From NCBI GenBank assembly GCA_964547425.1, contig CAZJNH010000007.1, forward strand, positions 4,981-68,980: a DNA stretch of 64,000 nucleotides. The letters are read 5' to 3'. A program made the translations under genes and the position numbers. Below, in pieces: positions 8,513 to 17,837 of this stretch (positions are counted from its first letter, which is position 1; every line of letters begins with the position of its first letter). The DNA is from an uncultured Candidatus Saccharibacteria bacterium. Its GTDB lineage: Bacteria; Patescibacteriota; Saccharimonadia; UBA4664; CAZJNH01. The notes beneath the pieces were generated by a model. It was not told where the DNA came from, did not search any database, and saw only the letters and a program-made list of their open reading frames with translations.

Positions 8513-9085
8513 TTAAGCGTGGCGTTTTGGGCGGACCAGCAGATAAACCGCTGTCACAAACATACTTAAAGCCCAGCCGATTAGTGTGATTAGCTGGGTC
8601 TTTTGTTCGCGCTGTTCAACTTCTTTGAGCGACCGGGCAACAAGCACAAAGCCACCAGATTTCTGAGGATCGTCGGACGAGTAAGGGACAAGCACTGCGG
8701 CGAATCGGTCGCTGCCCGTCGGCTGCCAAGTGAATCGCAGTTCTTTCCCGTGATTTGTGCCATTTTCAAACACTCCTCTGGGCGGAATCGGTACCTCTCC
8801 GTTTAATATCACGTTGCTGGCAATCGGTTTCAGCTGCTGATCGTCAAAGACTATATAAAACGGAGCTAAACTTAAATCCGGCTGGACTATCGGCTGCCCG
8901 GCGACAAGACTCGAGGGTGAACGGCCCAGGCTTAAAGTTCGCGCACCGTCTTCCGCTATCTGGATTTGAGGATCGTTGGCAGCACTGCGCTGGTCTTGTT
9001 GGACCGCACCGTAGACCGTCCCGAAGATCAAGGTAATGATTGCGAACGGGGCTAGAAGTGTAGCTAAAGAGATAAGTTTTTTCAT
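8513..9085 (-). CDS. hypothetical membrane protein (N- and C-terminal TM helices)
   Basis: 190 aa with an N-terminal signal/TM (LISLATLLAPFAIITLIF) and a C-terminal TM. No domain. Confidence 0.5.
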   Translation of the reverse strand: MKKLISLATLLAPFAIITLIFGTVYGAVQQDQRSAANDPQIQIAEDGARTLSLGRSPSSLVAGQPIVQPDLSLAPFYIVFDDQQLKPIASNVILNGEVPIPPRGVFENGTNHGKELRFTWQPTGSDRFAAVLVPYSSDDPQKSGGFVLVARSLKEVEQREQKTQLITLIGWALSMFVTAVYLLVRPKRHA

Positions 9086-9128
9086 GGCTCAAGTATACAC
9101 CGCGTCGGCCGATTGATATGATTGGGCA

Positions 9129-10178
9129 ATGAGTTTACAGATTGGTATCGTCGGACTACCGAACGTTGGTAAATCGACTTTGTTTAACGCTTTAACCAAA
9201 AACGATGTGCTGGCCGCCAACTATCCGTTCGCCACTATTGATCCCAATACCGGCATTGTGCCGGTTCCGGACGAGCGGCTGGATAAGCTAGTGGAGGTTT
9301 TTCAACCAAAAAACAAAGTGCCGGCGACGGTCACCTTCGTTGACATTGCCGGGCTGGTTAAAGGCGCTGCCGAAGGCCAGGGTTTGGGCAATCAATTTCT
9401 CGGCCATATCCGCGGCACCGACGCAATCTGCCAGGTGGTGCGAGCCTTCAAGGATACTAATGTCACACACGTCGAGAATAAAATTGACCCTAAGTCCGAT
9501 ATCGAAACCATCAACTCCGAATTAATCTTGTCTGACCTGGCGGTCATCGACGCTCGTTTGGCCAAGAAAGACGGCGACCAGAAATTACTGGAACGGATCA
9601 GAGCCGAACTAGACGCAGGCAAATTAGCTGGCTCGTTTTTGACCGACGAAGAGCGCGAAGAGATCAAAGACTTTGGCTTGCTGACCGCTAAGCCTTTCGT
9701 TATTGTGTTTAATCTTGATGAGTCGCAACTCTCGGACCAAGCCCTCAAAAAAGAACTCGAATCTATAGTAACCCCCGCTCCGGCCGTCTTCTTGTGTGCC
9801 AAAGTAGAGTCTGAACTGCAGGATTTGTCTGACGAGCAAGCCAAAGAGTTGTTGGCTGAATATGGACAATTAGATTCTGGACTAGGCCAGCTCGCTCGGG
9901 CCGGATATAAGGCACTTGGATTAATTAGCTACTTTACCGCCGGCGAGCCGGAGGTTCGGGCTTGGACTGTTCGTAAAGGCGCGACCGCTCCTCAAGCGGC
10001 TGGTGTGATCCATACCGATTTCGAAAAAGGATTTATTCGCGCCGAAACTATCAATTGGCAAGAACTGGTGGACGCGAGAACTTGGGCCGAAGCAAAATCA
10101 CGCGGCAAAGTACGTAGTGAAGGCAAAGACTACATCGTCAATGACGGCGATGTTATGCTGTTTCGTTTCAACGTTTAA
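9129..10178 (+). CDS. ychF: ribosome-binding ATPase YchF (Obg-family GTPase, Ola1-like)
   Basis: GIVGLPNVGKSTLFNALT P-loop and FATIDPN/DIAGLV motifs. The C-terminal TGS domain is alignable over the full length. Confidence 0.95.
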   Translation: MSLQIGIVGLPNVGKSTLFNALTKNDVLAANYPFATIDPNTGIVPVPDERLDKLVEVFQPKNKVPATVTFVDIAGLVKGAAEGQGLGNQFLGHIRGTDAICQVVRAFKDTNVTHVENKIDPKSDIETINSELILSDLAVIDARLAKKDGDQKLLERIRAELDAGKLAGSFLTDEEREEIKDFGLLTAKPFVIVFNLDESQLSDQALKKELESIVTPAPAVFLCAKVESELQDLSDEQAKELLAEYGQLDSGLGQLARAGYKALGLISYFTAGEPEVRAWTVRKGATAPQAAGVIHTDFEKGFIRAETINWQELVDARTWAEAKSRGKVRSEGKDYIVNDGDVMLFRFNV

Positions 10179-10202
10179 GGGCTAGGACTTTCGTCCCAGC
10201 CC
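10179..10202. terminator. hairpin between convergent ychF and gmk-like genes
   Basis: GGGCTAGGAC-TTTC-GTCCCAGCCC, a 10-bp stem with one mismatch, lies immediately after the ychF stop and before the gmk-like stop, with TTAATTTA following. Confidence 0.5.
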
Positions 10203-10787
10203 TTAATTTAAGCCGAAGTCTTCGGCGATCGCCGCCGCAACCTCGTCGGCTAGTTTCTCGAGCGTGCGAGTGTTGGTGAACACCCGGTTGGCTTTTTTAC
10301 GCCCGGCTTCGAGCTCTTGCCGATACTGCTGGATGCGGGTGCCGGTGTTTTCGCCCTTAGCTTCTCGCTCCCGCAGTCTCCGCTCTATCTCCGGCAGCCG
10401 ATCCTCGATCTGATAGATCAGATTGTTTGGGTAAAACCGGTCCATCTTATCGAGCACCATCACTCGCAGCATAACGGTCGGCGCTTTATCGGGAGACGGC
10501 ACTAGAATCCTCGGCATGCCATAACGGTACGGCAGACCAAACAGTACCTCGGTGTTGATGAAGTAGTCTTCCCGCTCGAGCTCGTCGTAGCGATCCTCGG
10601 ACACGAATCGATGTTCTATTCCCTCCTCTAGCTCATTGTGCCGAGGAGGCCGCGTGGTCCAGGTCGGCGTGATGTCGATTAGCCCGCGCCGGTTCAGGAT
10701 ATGCACCACACTGGATTTACCGCTCCCTGAAGGTCCAATGATCCCGAGCACTCGGGCGGACCAGTCAAGATATTCTCCAGTCGCCAT
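10203..10787 (-). CDS. guanylate kinase-like P-loop kinase
   Basis: GPSGSGKSS P-loop followed by a TTRPPR...E..G..Y.F nucleoside-monophosphate-binding motif, characteristic of Gmk. 194 aa. Confidence 0.6.
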   Translation of the reverse strand: MATGEYLDWSARVLGIIGPSGSGKSSVVHILNRRGLIDITPTWTTRPPRHNELEEGIEHRFVSEDRYDELEREDYFINTEVLFGLPYRYGMPRILVPSPDKAPTVMLRVMVLDKMDRFYPNNLIYQIEDRLPEIERRLREREAKGENTGTRIQQYRQELEAGRKKANRVFTNTRTLEKLADEVAAAIAEDFGLN

Positions 10788-10806
10788 AGCGCTCCTTTCA
10801 TCCAGG

Positions 10807-11805
10807 CTATTCTAACCGGAGGCGAGCCATATTCAAGGGCGACGCGGCTGCAGACATCCCAAACACGCAGTAGCAAGTGTAGGCGCCAACGGACGCAACG
10901 AGAGAGTAAATCAGACTTTCCCGTCCGAAACCGACCGACCCGATGTGTGGCACTAGCGCCGCAAGAACCATTATCCCTACAGCGTTTCCAAGCCGGCCGG
11001 CCATAGTCACTAGAAATAGTTGCCTGGAAAGATTTCTCTCACGGCCGAGTTTCCAAAGCGTCAAGATCATGATTGCTATAAATAGCTGGACGTAAAGCAC
11101 CAACACCCAATTACTAAAAAGCAGAAAAAACAGGACATCGCCCGCGGCCCAGGCCGCAATTGCAACGCTAATCGTTGGAACGCGTCCAAAACGCACCAAG
11201 AAGGTGTTTTTGCCGTGAATCCGGTCACCGATAAAATCCCTAAAATCTTTCAGGATGATTCGGCCAATAAAGCTGATTCCTACCATTCCTGCGAGTAGCC
11301 AAACCCGAGAACTAAATACGGAGGTATTGACCCACACACCCATAGTGAATGGCACTAGCGTGAAGCAGCTCGCTAAAAATAAAGGCGCTACGGCCCGGCC
11401 AGACAATCGTATGGGCGGCAACGAATAGCAAAGGTTAAACACCAGAACGGCAAGGGTAAGTATTAAGTATTGGGTCCCAGATAAGGCGGCCAAGGCTGTC
11501 GCGACGATCGCCGCTATGATCGCTAAGTCCAGCAGGCTGTGTCTGGTCGTGCTGCCATCAAGCAAAGGACGTTCCGCGCTTCCCTGCAGATTAATCTGAT
11601 CAATTTTTTCGTCAGCCAGGTCATTGACGCTCGTGGCGTAGACATAAAGGACAGCGATCGTAAGCATTGGCAGAATAATTCTTACCGATGGTGATGACTG
11701 GGCTCTGGTGCTGGCTTCGCCAACCGCCAAAAACAGCCACATCATTGCAACGGTTCGAAACCGCAACATCCGTAAGGCCACCCCCAACCAGGCCCTAATC
11801 TTCAT
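10807..11805 (-). CDS. UbiA-family prenyltransferase (polytopic membrane)
   Basis: NDLADEKID (NDxxDxxxD) plus a second DFRDFIGD Asp-rich motif, and about 8 TM helices. Confidence 0.7.
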   Translation of the reverse strand: MKIRAWLGVALRMLRFRTVAMMWLFLAVGEASTRAQSSPSVRIILPMLTIAVLYVYATSVNDLADEKIDQINLQGSAERPLLDGSTTRHSLLDLAIIAAIVATALAALSGTQYLILTLAVLVFNLCYSLPPIRLSGRAVAPLFLASCFTLVPFTMGVWVNTSVFSSRVWLLAGMVGISFIGRIILKDFRDFIGDRIHGKNTFLVRFGRVPTISVAIAAWAAGDVLFFLLFSNWVLVLYVQLFIAIMILTLWKLGRERNLSRQLFLVTMAGRLGNAVGIMVLAALVPHIGSVGFGRESLIYSLVASVGAYTCYCVFGMSAAASPLNMARLRLE

Positions 11806-12305
11806 TTTGAGCTGCCGAAACCGCCGCTTATGCCGCTACTTACGCCTGCCGAGATGGCAAAGGTAAACAATACAAGAATCAATACCACTCCTGCGGCCGC
11901 CAAACCGCTCAAGACTAAGACTATCGTTGCCAAGGAGCTTAGTACGACTGCCCCTACGACGCGCCTCTTGAGTAACGCGGCATCCGCGGGCGCTAACGGT
12001 TGGCTTTGAACGGCCGGTGCGTGGTCGGTGGTAGCCAACTGATTTGCGGGCAACCGAGCCGCCTTGGCTTCGGCGTTAAGTCTTTTCCGGGCAAAAAATA
12101 AATATACTAAAGCAACTAAAGGGGCGACCCCCGTCAATAGCGAGGCTCCGATAATGGCGCCCCAAATCTTGTTATCCCGATTGAAGTCCCTGAAAATAAT
12201 AACTGCACTTAAAATTACCGGAATGTATAACACCAATATGCCCGGACTGAATACCGAATAGCCGAGGCCGAACATTAGGCTAGCCTGCTCATAAAGATCG
12301 CCCAC
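11802..12305 (-). CDS. hypothetical small membrane protein
   Basis: 167 aa with 3-4 TM helices. Its stop overlaps the start of the UbiA-family gene (coupled). Confidence 0.45.
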   Translation of the reverse strand: MGDLYEQASLMFGLGYSVFSPGILVLYIPVILSAVIIFRDFNRDNKIWGAIIGASLLTGVAPLVALVYLFFARKRLNAEAKAARLPANQLATTDHAPAVQSQPLAPADAALLKRRVVGAVVLSSLATIVLVLSGLAAAGVVLILVLFTFAISAGVSSGISGGFGSSK

Positions 12306-13012
12306 AGAATGTGGTTGATGATGATCAGCTCAACGCCTACCCAGAGAAAACCCTTTAATTGGGTGTGGTTGCTTTTGACTTGGTCGAAGGCCTCAACGGC
12401 CGTTAAGACCGCCAGAAAAACCAAGGCTGACAAAGCGAGCCCCTGGTAACCATAAATAGCCTTTAAGTAGTTACTCCCACCGCTTATTCCAGGCAACGGC
12501 AGTCTTTGGACGATCAGCCGGGCAAAGTTTATGACCAAAAACGCGACCGAAGTGAAGATTAATTTTTGCTCCTCGCCGGCCAGCTTACCCCCGCTGTTTT
12601 TAGGTTTGATTGGCAACTGTTTTGTGAAATAGGCATACACCAGCCAGAAGCCGAGCAAGTAAAGCAGCATCACGAAACCGGCGGTCAGTAGTAGCTGAGT
12701 AAATGACGCATTGGATCTGCCGATGAAGCCGGCTGGTGAAACGACAAACTTAATCAAGACGATTAGCGAGCTGTATGCAAACGCGTATCTCCACCATTTG
12801 GTGTCGAGTTCCAGAGCGTCTTTGGTTATCCAAAGCGCGAGTCCGGTTAATCCGATTAAGCTGAAAGCAGTTAGATATAAAACCGGGCGCGTGTTTGAGG
12901 TTAGGGTGCTGCCGCTAAGAATGGCCGGTAAAAGATTCACCGCCAGAGTCCCGAGCCCGGCGTATAGCATTATCGCTAGCCGGATCTTGCCTTTAGCCTG
13001 CTCGCCTTTCAT
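12275..13012 (-). CDS. hypothetical polytopic membrane protein
   Basis: 245 aa with about 7 TM helices and no motif recognised. Same strand run as the UbiA-family gene. Confidence 0.45.
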   Translation of the reverse strand: MKGEQAKGKIRLAIMLYAGLGTLAVNLLPAILSGSTLTSNTRPVLYLTAFSLIGLTGLALWITKDALELDTKWWRYAFAYSSLIVLIKFVVSPAGFIGRSNASFTQLLLTAGFVMLLYLLGFWLVYAYFTKQLPIKPKNSGGKLAGEEQKLIFTSVAFLVINFARLIVQRLPLPGISGGSNYLKAIYGYQGLALSALVFLAVLTAVEAFDQVKSNHTQLKGFLWVGVELIIINHILWAIFMSRLA

Positions 13013-13043
13013 ATCCTGATTTTAGCACAGGCGTTTTCTGCTA

Positions 13044-14885
13044 TTACTTGTTGGCTTTTTTGCGGAGGCTGGCAGCTAGTTCGCGTTTGCGCAGGCGCAG
13101 TGACTTTGGAGTGACTTCGAGAAGCTCGTCGTTTTCGATAAAGTCGAGGCACTCCTCTAGGCTAAAAACGGTTGGTGGAGTCAGCTGGACCACCCCATCG
13201 CTCGAAGACGAACGCATGTTGGTTAAATGCTTTTCTTTGCAAACGTTGATTTCGATGTCTTCGATGCGGCTGTTTAGCCCAACGATCTGCCCGGCGTAAA
13301 CTTTTATGGCCGGACCAACGAAGGTTACGCCGCGCGATTCGGCGTTTTGCAGAGCGTACGGAGTCGTTACCCCTGATTCGTGGGCAATCAGAGCGCCATT
13401 ACGCAGCTGCGACAGCGGCTGGCCGAGCGGCTGATAGCCTAGCATGACGGAGTTCATGATGATTGTGCCCTTGGTTTGGGTTAAGAGAATATTTCGCAGA
13501 CCCAGTAACGCTCGGGTCGGCAGTTCATAAACCAGCTTCGTCACACCTTTTGGGCTAACGAATTGCTCTGTTAACTTGGCCTTGCGGCGTGACAGTTCGG
13601 TTTGGACCTGGCCAATGTACTCGGCTGGAACCTCGATGATTAATTCTTCCAGCGGTTCTTGTTCAACCCTATCGATCTGTTTGGTAATAACTTGAGGCCG
13701 GCCGACTTCGAGCTCAAAGCCTTCGCGGCGCATAGTTTCGATTAAAACACTCAGATGAAGCTCGCCCCGCCCGGACACCAAAAAGCCTAGTCCGCCGCTT
13801 TCAACGCGCAACCCAATGTTGGTCTCAAGTTCCTGATAAAGCCGGGCTTTGATTTGGTTACCGGTAACTTGCTCCCCTTCCTGTCCCTTAAACGGGCTGG
13901 TGTTTGGGCCAACGTAAATCTGCAAGGTCGGCTCTTCGACGGCCAACACCGGCAAGGCCTCCGGAGTTGTTGGGTCGGCGATAGTCTCGCCGATTTGAAT
14001 ATCACCCATTCCTGTAAGCTGGATGATATCGCCGGCTACTCCCCCGTCCACCGGGAATCTGGCAACACCGTGGCTCATGAACGCGCCTTCAACTTTAGCC
14101 TTGGCGAACCCACCGTCTTTTTTGCAGACGATAACCGGATCGCCGACCTTAACCCGGCCGCGGCTGACCCGCCCAACGGCGTATTTGCCTTTGAAGCTGT
14201 CGTAAGACAAGGCCGTAACCAGCATTTGCAGTGGCTGCTCGGGGTCGACTTGCGGCGCCGGGATCTCATTGCTGATAGCGTCGAAGATAACTTCAAGATC
14301 GCCATCGGCTTCAATAGTGTCGGGCAGTTTATTCCAAGCTTTGCCTTCGCGGCTGATAGCGTAATACACCGGATAATGCAGTTGGTCTTCGTGGGTGGCG
14401 AGCTCAAGGAACAAATCGGCAAGTTCGTTTTCAACCTCGTCGACTCGTTTGCCGGGTTTGTCGATCTTATTGATTACGACGATTGGCTTAAGGCCGCGAG
14501 CTAATGCCTGGGTCAAAACGAATTTGGTTTGCGGCATTGGCCCCTCTTGAGCGTCGACTATCAACAGACAACCGTCGGCCATACCCAGAGTCCTCTCGAC
14601 CTCACCGCTAAAGTCGGCATGGCCAGGAGTATCGATGATATTAATTCGGTACTCGCCGTGCTGAACGGCGGTGATCTTGGCGGTGATGGTAATCCCCCGC
14701 TCCTTTTCCTGGTCGCCGCTGTCCATAATTAACGACTGGGCCATCTCGGCCTGGTTGTCTCGGAAGGTTTTGGATTGCTTTAATAGCCCGTCGACAAGTG
14801 TGGTTTTGCCGTGGTCAACGTGAGCAATAATGGCGATGTTGCGAATCTTGCTCGGATCTTGAGTCGCCTGGGTCGCGTTAGACAT
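13044..14885 (-). CDS. typA: translational GTPase TypA/BipA
   Basis: [11 protein letters not shown]1 motif, [13 protein letters not shown], followed by EF-G-like domains. The [23 protein letters not shown]-terminus is diagnostic of BipA. Confidence 0.95.
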   Translation of the reverse strand: MSNATQATQDPSKIRNIAIIAHVDHGKTTLVDGLLKQSKTFRDNQAEMAQSLIMDSGDQEKERGITITAKITAVQHGEYRINIIDTPGHADFSGEVERTLGMADGCLLIVDAQEGPMPQTKFVLTQALARGLKPIVVINKIDKPGKRVDEVENELADLFLELATHEDQLHYPVYYAISREGKAWNKLPDTIEADGDLEVIFDAISNEIPAPQVDPEQPLQMLVTALSYDSFKGKYAVGRVSRGRVKVGDPVIVCKKDGGFAKAKVEGAFMSHGVARFPVDGGVAGDIIQLTGMGDIQIGETIADPTTPEALPVLAVEEPTLQIYVGPNTSPFKGQEGEQVTGNQIKARLYQELETNIGLRVESGGLGFLVSGRGELHLSVLIETMRREGFELEVGRPQVITKQIDRVEQEPLEELIIEVPAEYIGQVQTELSRRKAKLTEQFVSPKGVTKLVYELPTRALLGLRNILLTQTKGTIIMNSVMLGYQPLGQPLSQLRNGALIAHESGVTTPYALQNAESRGVTFVGPAIKVYAGQIVGLNSRIEDIEINVCKEKHLTNMRSSSSDGVVQLTPPTVFSLEECLDFIENDELLEVTPKSLRLRKRELAASLRKKANK

Positions 14886-14983
14886 CGGCCAATTATGACA
14901 TAATTCTTACCCTTTGCCAAGTCGAGACCAGTCGACGCGAATGGCCCAGAGAATTTACTCCTCCAGGCCGATTCTGCGCCGTA

Positions 14984-15532
14984 CTAGTGCGCCCAGCCGC
15001 GGTCGAGATCCGGGTTGGTGTCGTACACCACTGCCTCGGTTTCCATCCTGACAACCGTCATCGACGGCTGCAGCTGCCGCAGAACCTCCTGGAACCGGTG
15101 CTCGGACTTTTGAGCGTCGAGCCCGTAGGTTCTGGCGGTGAAGTACCACTTGCGCAGTGGTGATTCCACGCCGAGCAGGCTTTCGGACAGAAAGACTTCG
15201 GGCTCCGCGATCTCCGCCACTTCCCCATCCAGCAGCAGCTTGATGTGGCACTCGGCGTACTCCATACCGTCCGGGCACTCTGCCACCAGCGGCCGCTCCA
15301 ACTTGGCCCGCAAGCAGTTAAAGCCGTCGCGTTCGGCGTCGTTCATCAACTGCCCCACCATGTCGTCGGCAGACGCTTCGTCGCCGTTATGTGCCGCCGT
15401 GCACATCAGCTGCGTCGGGTACTTCCCGCGTGATAGCCGAATGAACACCGGCTTGATGTTGTGGTTCCGGCAAAACTTCTGCCAAGACTCAACATCCTCC
15501 CCCTCAACCGTTACGTGTGCTTCGTAGAGCAT
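14984..15532 (-). CDS. hypothetical protein in a GC-rich islet
   Basis: 182 aa with no recognised domain. An HVTV tetrapeptide is present, but no second HxT/Sx motif for a 2H phosphoesterase. Local GC is visibly higher than flanks. Confidence 0.4.
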   Translation of the reverse strand: MLYEAHVTVEGEDVESWQKFCRNHNIKPVFIRLSRGKYPTQLMCTAAHNGDEASADDMVGQLMNDAERDGFNCLRAKLERPLVAECPDGMEYAECHIKLLLDGEVAEIAEPEVFLSESLLGVESPLRKWYFTARTYGLDAQKSEHRFQEVLRQLQPSMTVVRMETEAVVYDTNPDLDRGWAH

Positions 15533-15642
15533 GCTGCCTCCCTACTAGTCGGCCAGATTTTCAAACTACTCCAAACATAATAACACGAACAAAATACGAA
15601 CACAAGTAACAAATGTTTCGAGCCAGTTTTTTCAATCATAGC

Positions 15643-16071
15643 TCAGGATTGTTGGCGCCTTCGACGGGAGATCTCAACGACCGGTAGACCGATGTCAGCG
15701 CGGAACGAGCATGCCGGCGGCAAAGGGGTGCCTGGGATTGGCTTACCCGTCAGCCACGGATACCTCCGGCAAACCGTCGGCCGGTTGTCGTAGATCAAGC
15801 ACTGGCGAGTCTCCGTATCGAAGTTCTTACAGCTGTAGTAATACACAGCGATGTTTCCGCCAGCGCTCTTGGCCAGACTCCGGATCTTCTGGATCTGTCT
15901 GACCAGCTCAGGCTCGCGCAGCTTGGCCTGAGTCTTTGACATCGGCGTTAAGTCTTCGAGTATCCAGCGCCGGTTATCATCCGGCATGCCGCCCAGAAAC
16001 TTGGCCGTCTCTTGGGTGTACGGCAGCCAGACCGGATCGCAGCACGACCCACAGCCGTTGCATTCAGTCAT
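15643..16071 (-). CDS. YkgJ-family Cys-cluster (zinc/iron-chelating) protein
   Basis: CNGCGSCC ... C ... CLIYDNRPTVCRRYP matches the CxxCxxCC ... RP.CR.YP signature of the YkgJ/UPF0153 family. Confidence 0.6.
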   Translation of the reverse strand: MTECNGCGSCCDPVWLPYTQETAKFLGGMPDDNRRWILEDLTPMSKTQAKLREPELVRQIQKIRSLAKSAGGNIAVYYYSCKNFDTETRQCLIYDNRPTVCRRYPWLTGKPIPGTPLPPACSFRADIGLPVVEISRRRRQQS

Positions 16072-16109
16072 CGTAAGGTCCTCTCGCTCTCGAAAGCCCC
16101 CAGATTATA

Positions 16110-16886
16110 TCAGAGTATGGCGTCAGGTCCCTCGGTCAGTTCTTTGTAGACGACTGGATTAAGCGCGAGAAAGTCATGATTGGTATAGTCGTAGGTTTTC
16201 TTGCCAAGGTTAGTGACGATCCCGCCGGCCTCTTTGATCAGAAGCGTGCCTGGCGCGAAATCCCAGTCTTTGCCGTATGGATCCTTGGCGATCCGGCCTT
16301 CGATTTTGCCCGAAGCGATCGCGGCGAATTCAAAGCCGGCGCTCAAAGTCTGGAGGAAGTTGGTTCTTTCACGCAGCTGTTGTCGCAACTTTAAGTTGGC
16401 CGGTATGCCTTGATTGCTTTCGAATCCAATGATCGAATTCGACAGCGGCCGATCACTGACTTTGAGTTTTGTCTCACCGCAGTAGGCGCCTTCGCCTTTG
16501 ATCGCCCAGTAAACCTGCTCGCCAATGAAATCATAAATAATCGATAAAACCGCCTCGCCTTCATCGATCAGAGCCAACATACTGGTGCAAAATGGCATAC
16601 CTCTGACGAAATGGGTCGTGCCGTCGATGGGATCAGATAGCCAGGTGGTGTCGGATTTTGACTGGACACCAAACTCTTCGCCACGGAAACCGATTGTCGA
16701 ATCAAACGCGCGCAATGCTTCAGCCAAGCCTTGCTCAACTTTCCTGTCGAGTTCGGTTACCAGATCGGCGGCGTGGGCCTTAGTTTCGTGAGCGATTTTG
16801 CCGTAGCCTGCCCTCAGCTCATCACCGTACGCCAACATAGCGTCTCGGGCGGCATCGAGCGCGGAGTGTAAATATTTGGGTGTCAT
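16110..16886 (-). CDS. inositol monophosphatase-family protein (SuhB-like)
   Basis: WLSDPIDGTTHF and WDFAPG motifs, 258 aa. Confidence 0.85.
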   Translation of the reverse strand: MTPKYLHSALDAARDAMLAYGDELRAGYGKIAHETKAHAADLVTELDRKVEQGLAEALRAFDSTIGFRGEEFGVQSKSDTTWLSDPIDGTTHFVRGMPFCTSMLALIDEGEAVLSIIYDFIGEQVYWAIKGEGAYCGETKLKVSDRPLSNSIIGFESNQGIPANLKLRQQLRERTNFLQTLSAGFEFAAIASGKIEGRIAKDPYGKDWDFAPGTLLIKEAGGIVTNLGKKTYDYTNHDFLALNPVVYKELTEGPDAIL

Positions 16887-16907
16887 TTCAGCTGGAAGAT
16901 TTGGATA

Positions 16908-17348
16908 TTACTCCCCTTGGCGTGGTAGCGGTTGGAGGATTGAGAAACGATTGTCTTCGGTGTCCTTGGCCGACATCCATAGGCCTACGCCGGGAATCAT
17001 CATCGGTTCCATCCTTATTTCCCTTTTCTCGTTCATAGCGCCCATAATCTTGCCGCCAGCAGCTTTAACTTCCTTCATTGCTTCTTTGATATCATCGACG
17101 GCTATCACTACCGAAGGCGCCAGGCTGTCGGGGCTATCGGTTTTCTCGTAAAAGCCGCCGTTGATGTTGCCTGGAGTTTTGATCATGCCGTTCTTGTCGG
17201 TTTCGGTGGTTTGAGCCACAACGTAATTACCCATGTCCGCGCCGAATTTCTCGGTTTTCCAGCCAAAGGCCGTTTCGTAAAACTTAACCATCCGGTCCCG
17301 ATCTTTGTAGCCCATCTCAAAATGCACTACTGGATTTGGTTTGCCCAT
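16908..17348 (-). CDS. VOC-family (glyoxalase-like) protein
   Basis: 146-aa beta-alpha-beta-beta-beta module. VVHFEMGYKDRDRMVKFYETAFGW is typical of glyoxalase/bleomycin-resistance folds. Confidence 0.55.
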   Translation of the reverse strand: MGKPNPVVHFEMGYKDRDRMVKFYETAFGWKTEKFGADMGNYVVAQTTETDKNGMIKTPGNINGGFYEKTDSPDSLAPSVVIAVDDIKEAMKEVKAAGGKIMGAMNEKREIRMEPMMIPGVGLWMSAKDTEDNRFSILQPLPRQGE

Positions 17349-17387
17349 AACTGCTCCTTTACTTAGCAGTCTCTATTTTACACCCAG

Positions 17388-17837
17388 CTAGTGGTACTTG
17401 AGGGTTTTCGGATCCGGTAAACCTTTAGGACTCTTCGGCTGAGCGAACTCAGGTTCAGGGAAAGCGACCATAAAGTCTAGGCGCAAAAACTGACCGGCTT
17501 TTACTTCCACGGTTCTGGGCGAAGCTATGACGCCAGTTGGATTTGACCGTAGTCCAACTTGGTAAGACCCAGGTTTGAGTTGGAGGTTATATTGGCCGTT
17601 TTTGTCGATTTTGGCTTCGGCGACCTTTTGTTCCCTGTTATAGGCAGTTACAAAAATAGCGTACGTCGCGCAGCGTTTATCGCCGCCGGTTTGGCAATTC
17701 TGTACTGTGACGTTACCGCTAAGACCCTGAGCGGTTTTCGTTCTGACAAGGATTAGCACAACTACCGCTAACGCGACTAGCAGACCGGCCAGGATCGCTA
17801 CTTTACGCCAGGAAATACTCATCAATACTGCCACCAT
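17388..17837 (-). CDS. membrane-anchored small protein with a carboxypeptidase-regulatory-like beta-sandwich
   Basis: N-terminal TM, then a Greek-key-like segment (KPGSYQVGLRSNPTGVIASPRTVEVKAGQF). Its stop overlaps the start of the giant surface protein gene. Confidence 0.4.
   Translation of the reverse strand: MVAVLMSISWRKVAILAGLLVALAVVVLILVRTKTAQGLSGNVTVQNCQTGGDKRCATYAIFVTAYNREQKVAEAKIDKNGQYNLQLKPGSYQVGLRSNPTGVIASPRTVEVKAGQFLRLDFMVAFPEPEFAQPKSPKGLPDPKTLKYH

Noticed and set aside
13854-14504. 216-aa plus-strand ORF
   Set aside because: Antisense shadow of typA.
14984-15532. 2H-phosphoesterase (LigT-like) assignment for the 182-aa GC-rich ORF based on an HVTV tetrapeptide
   Set aside because: Only one H-x-T-x motif is present. 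The second candidate (HIKL) lacks the Thr/Ser, so the assignment is unsupported.
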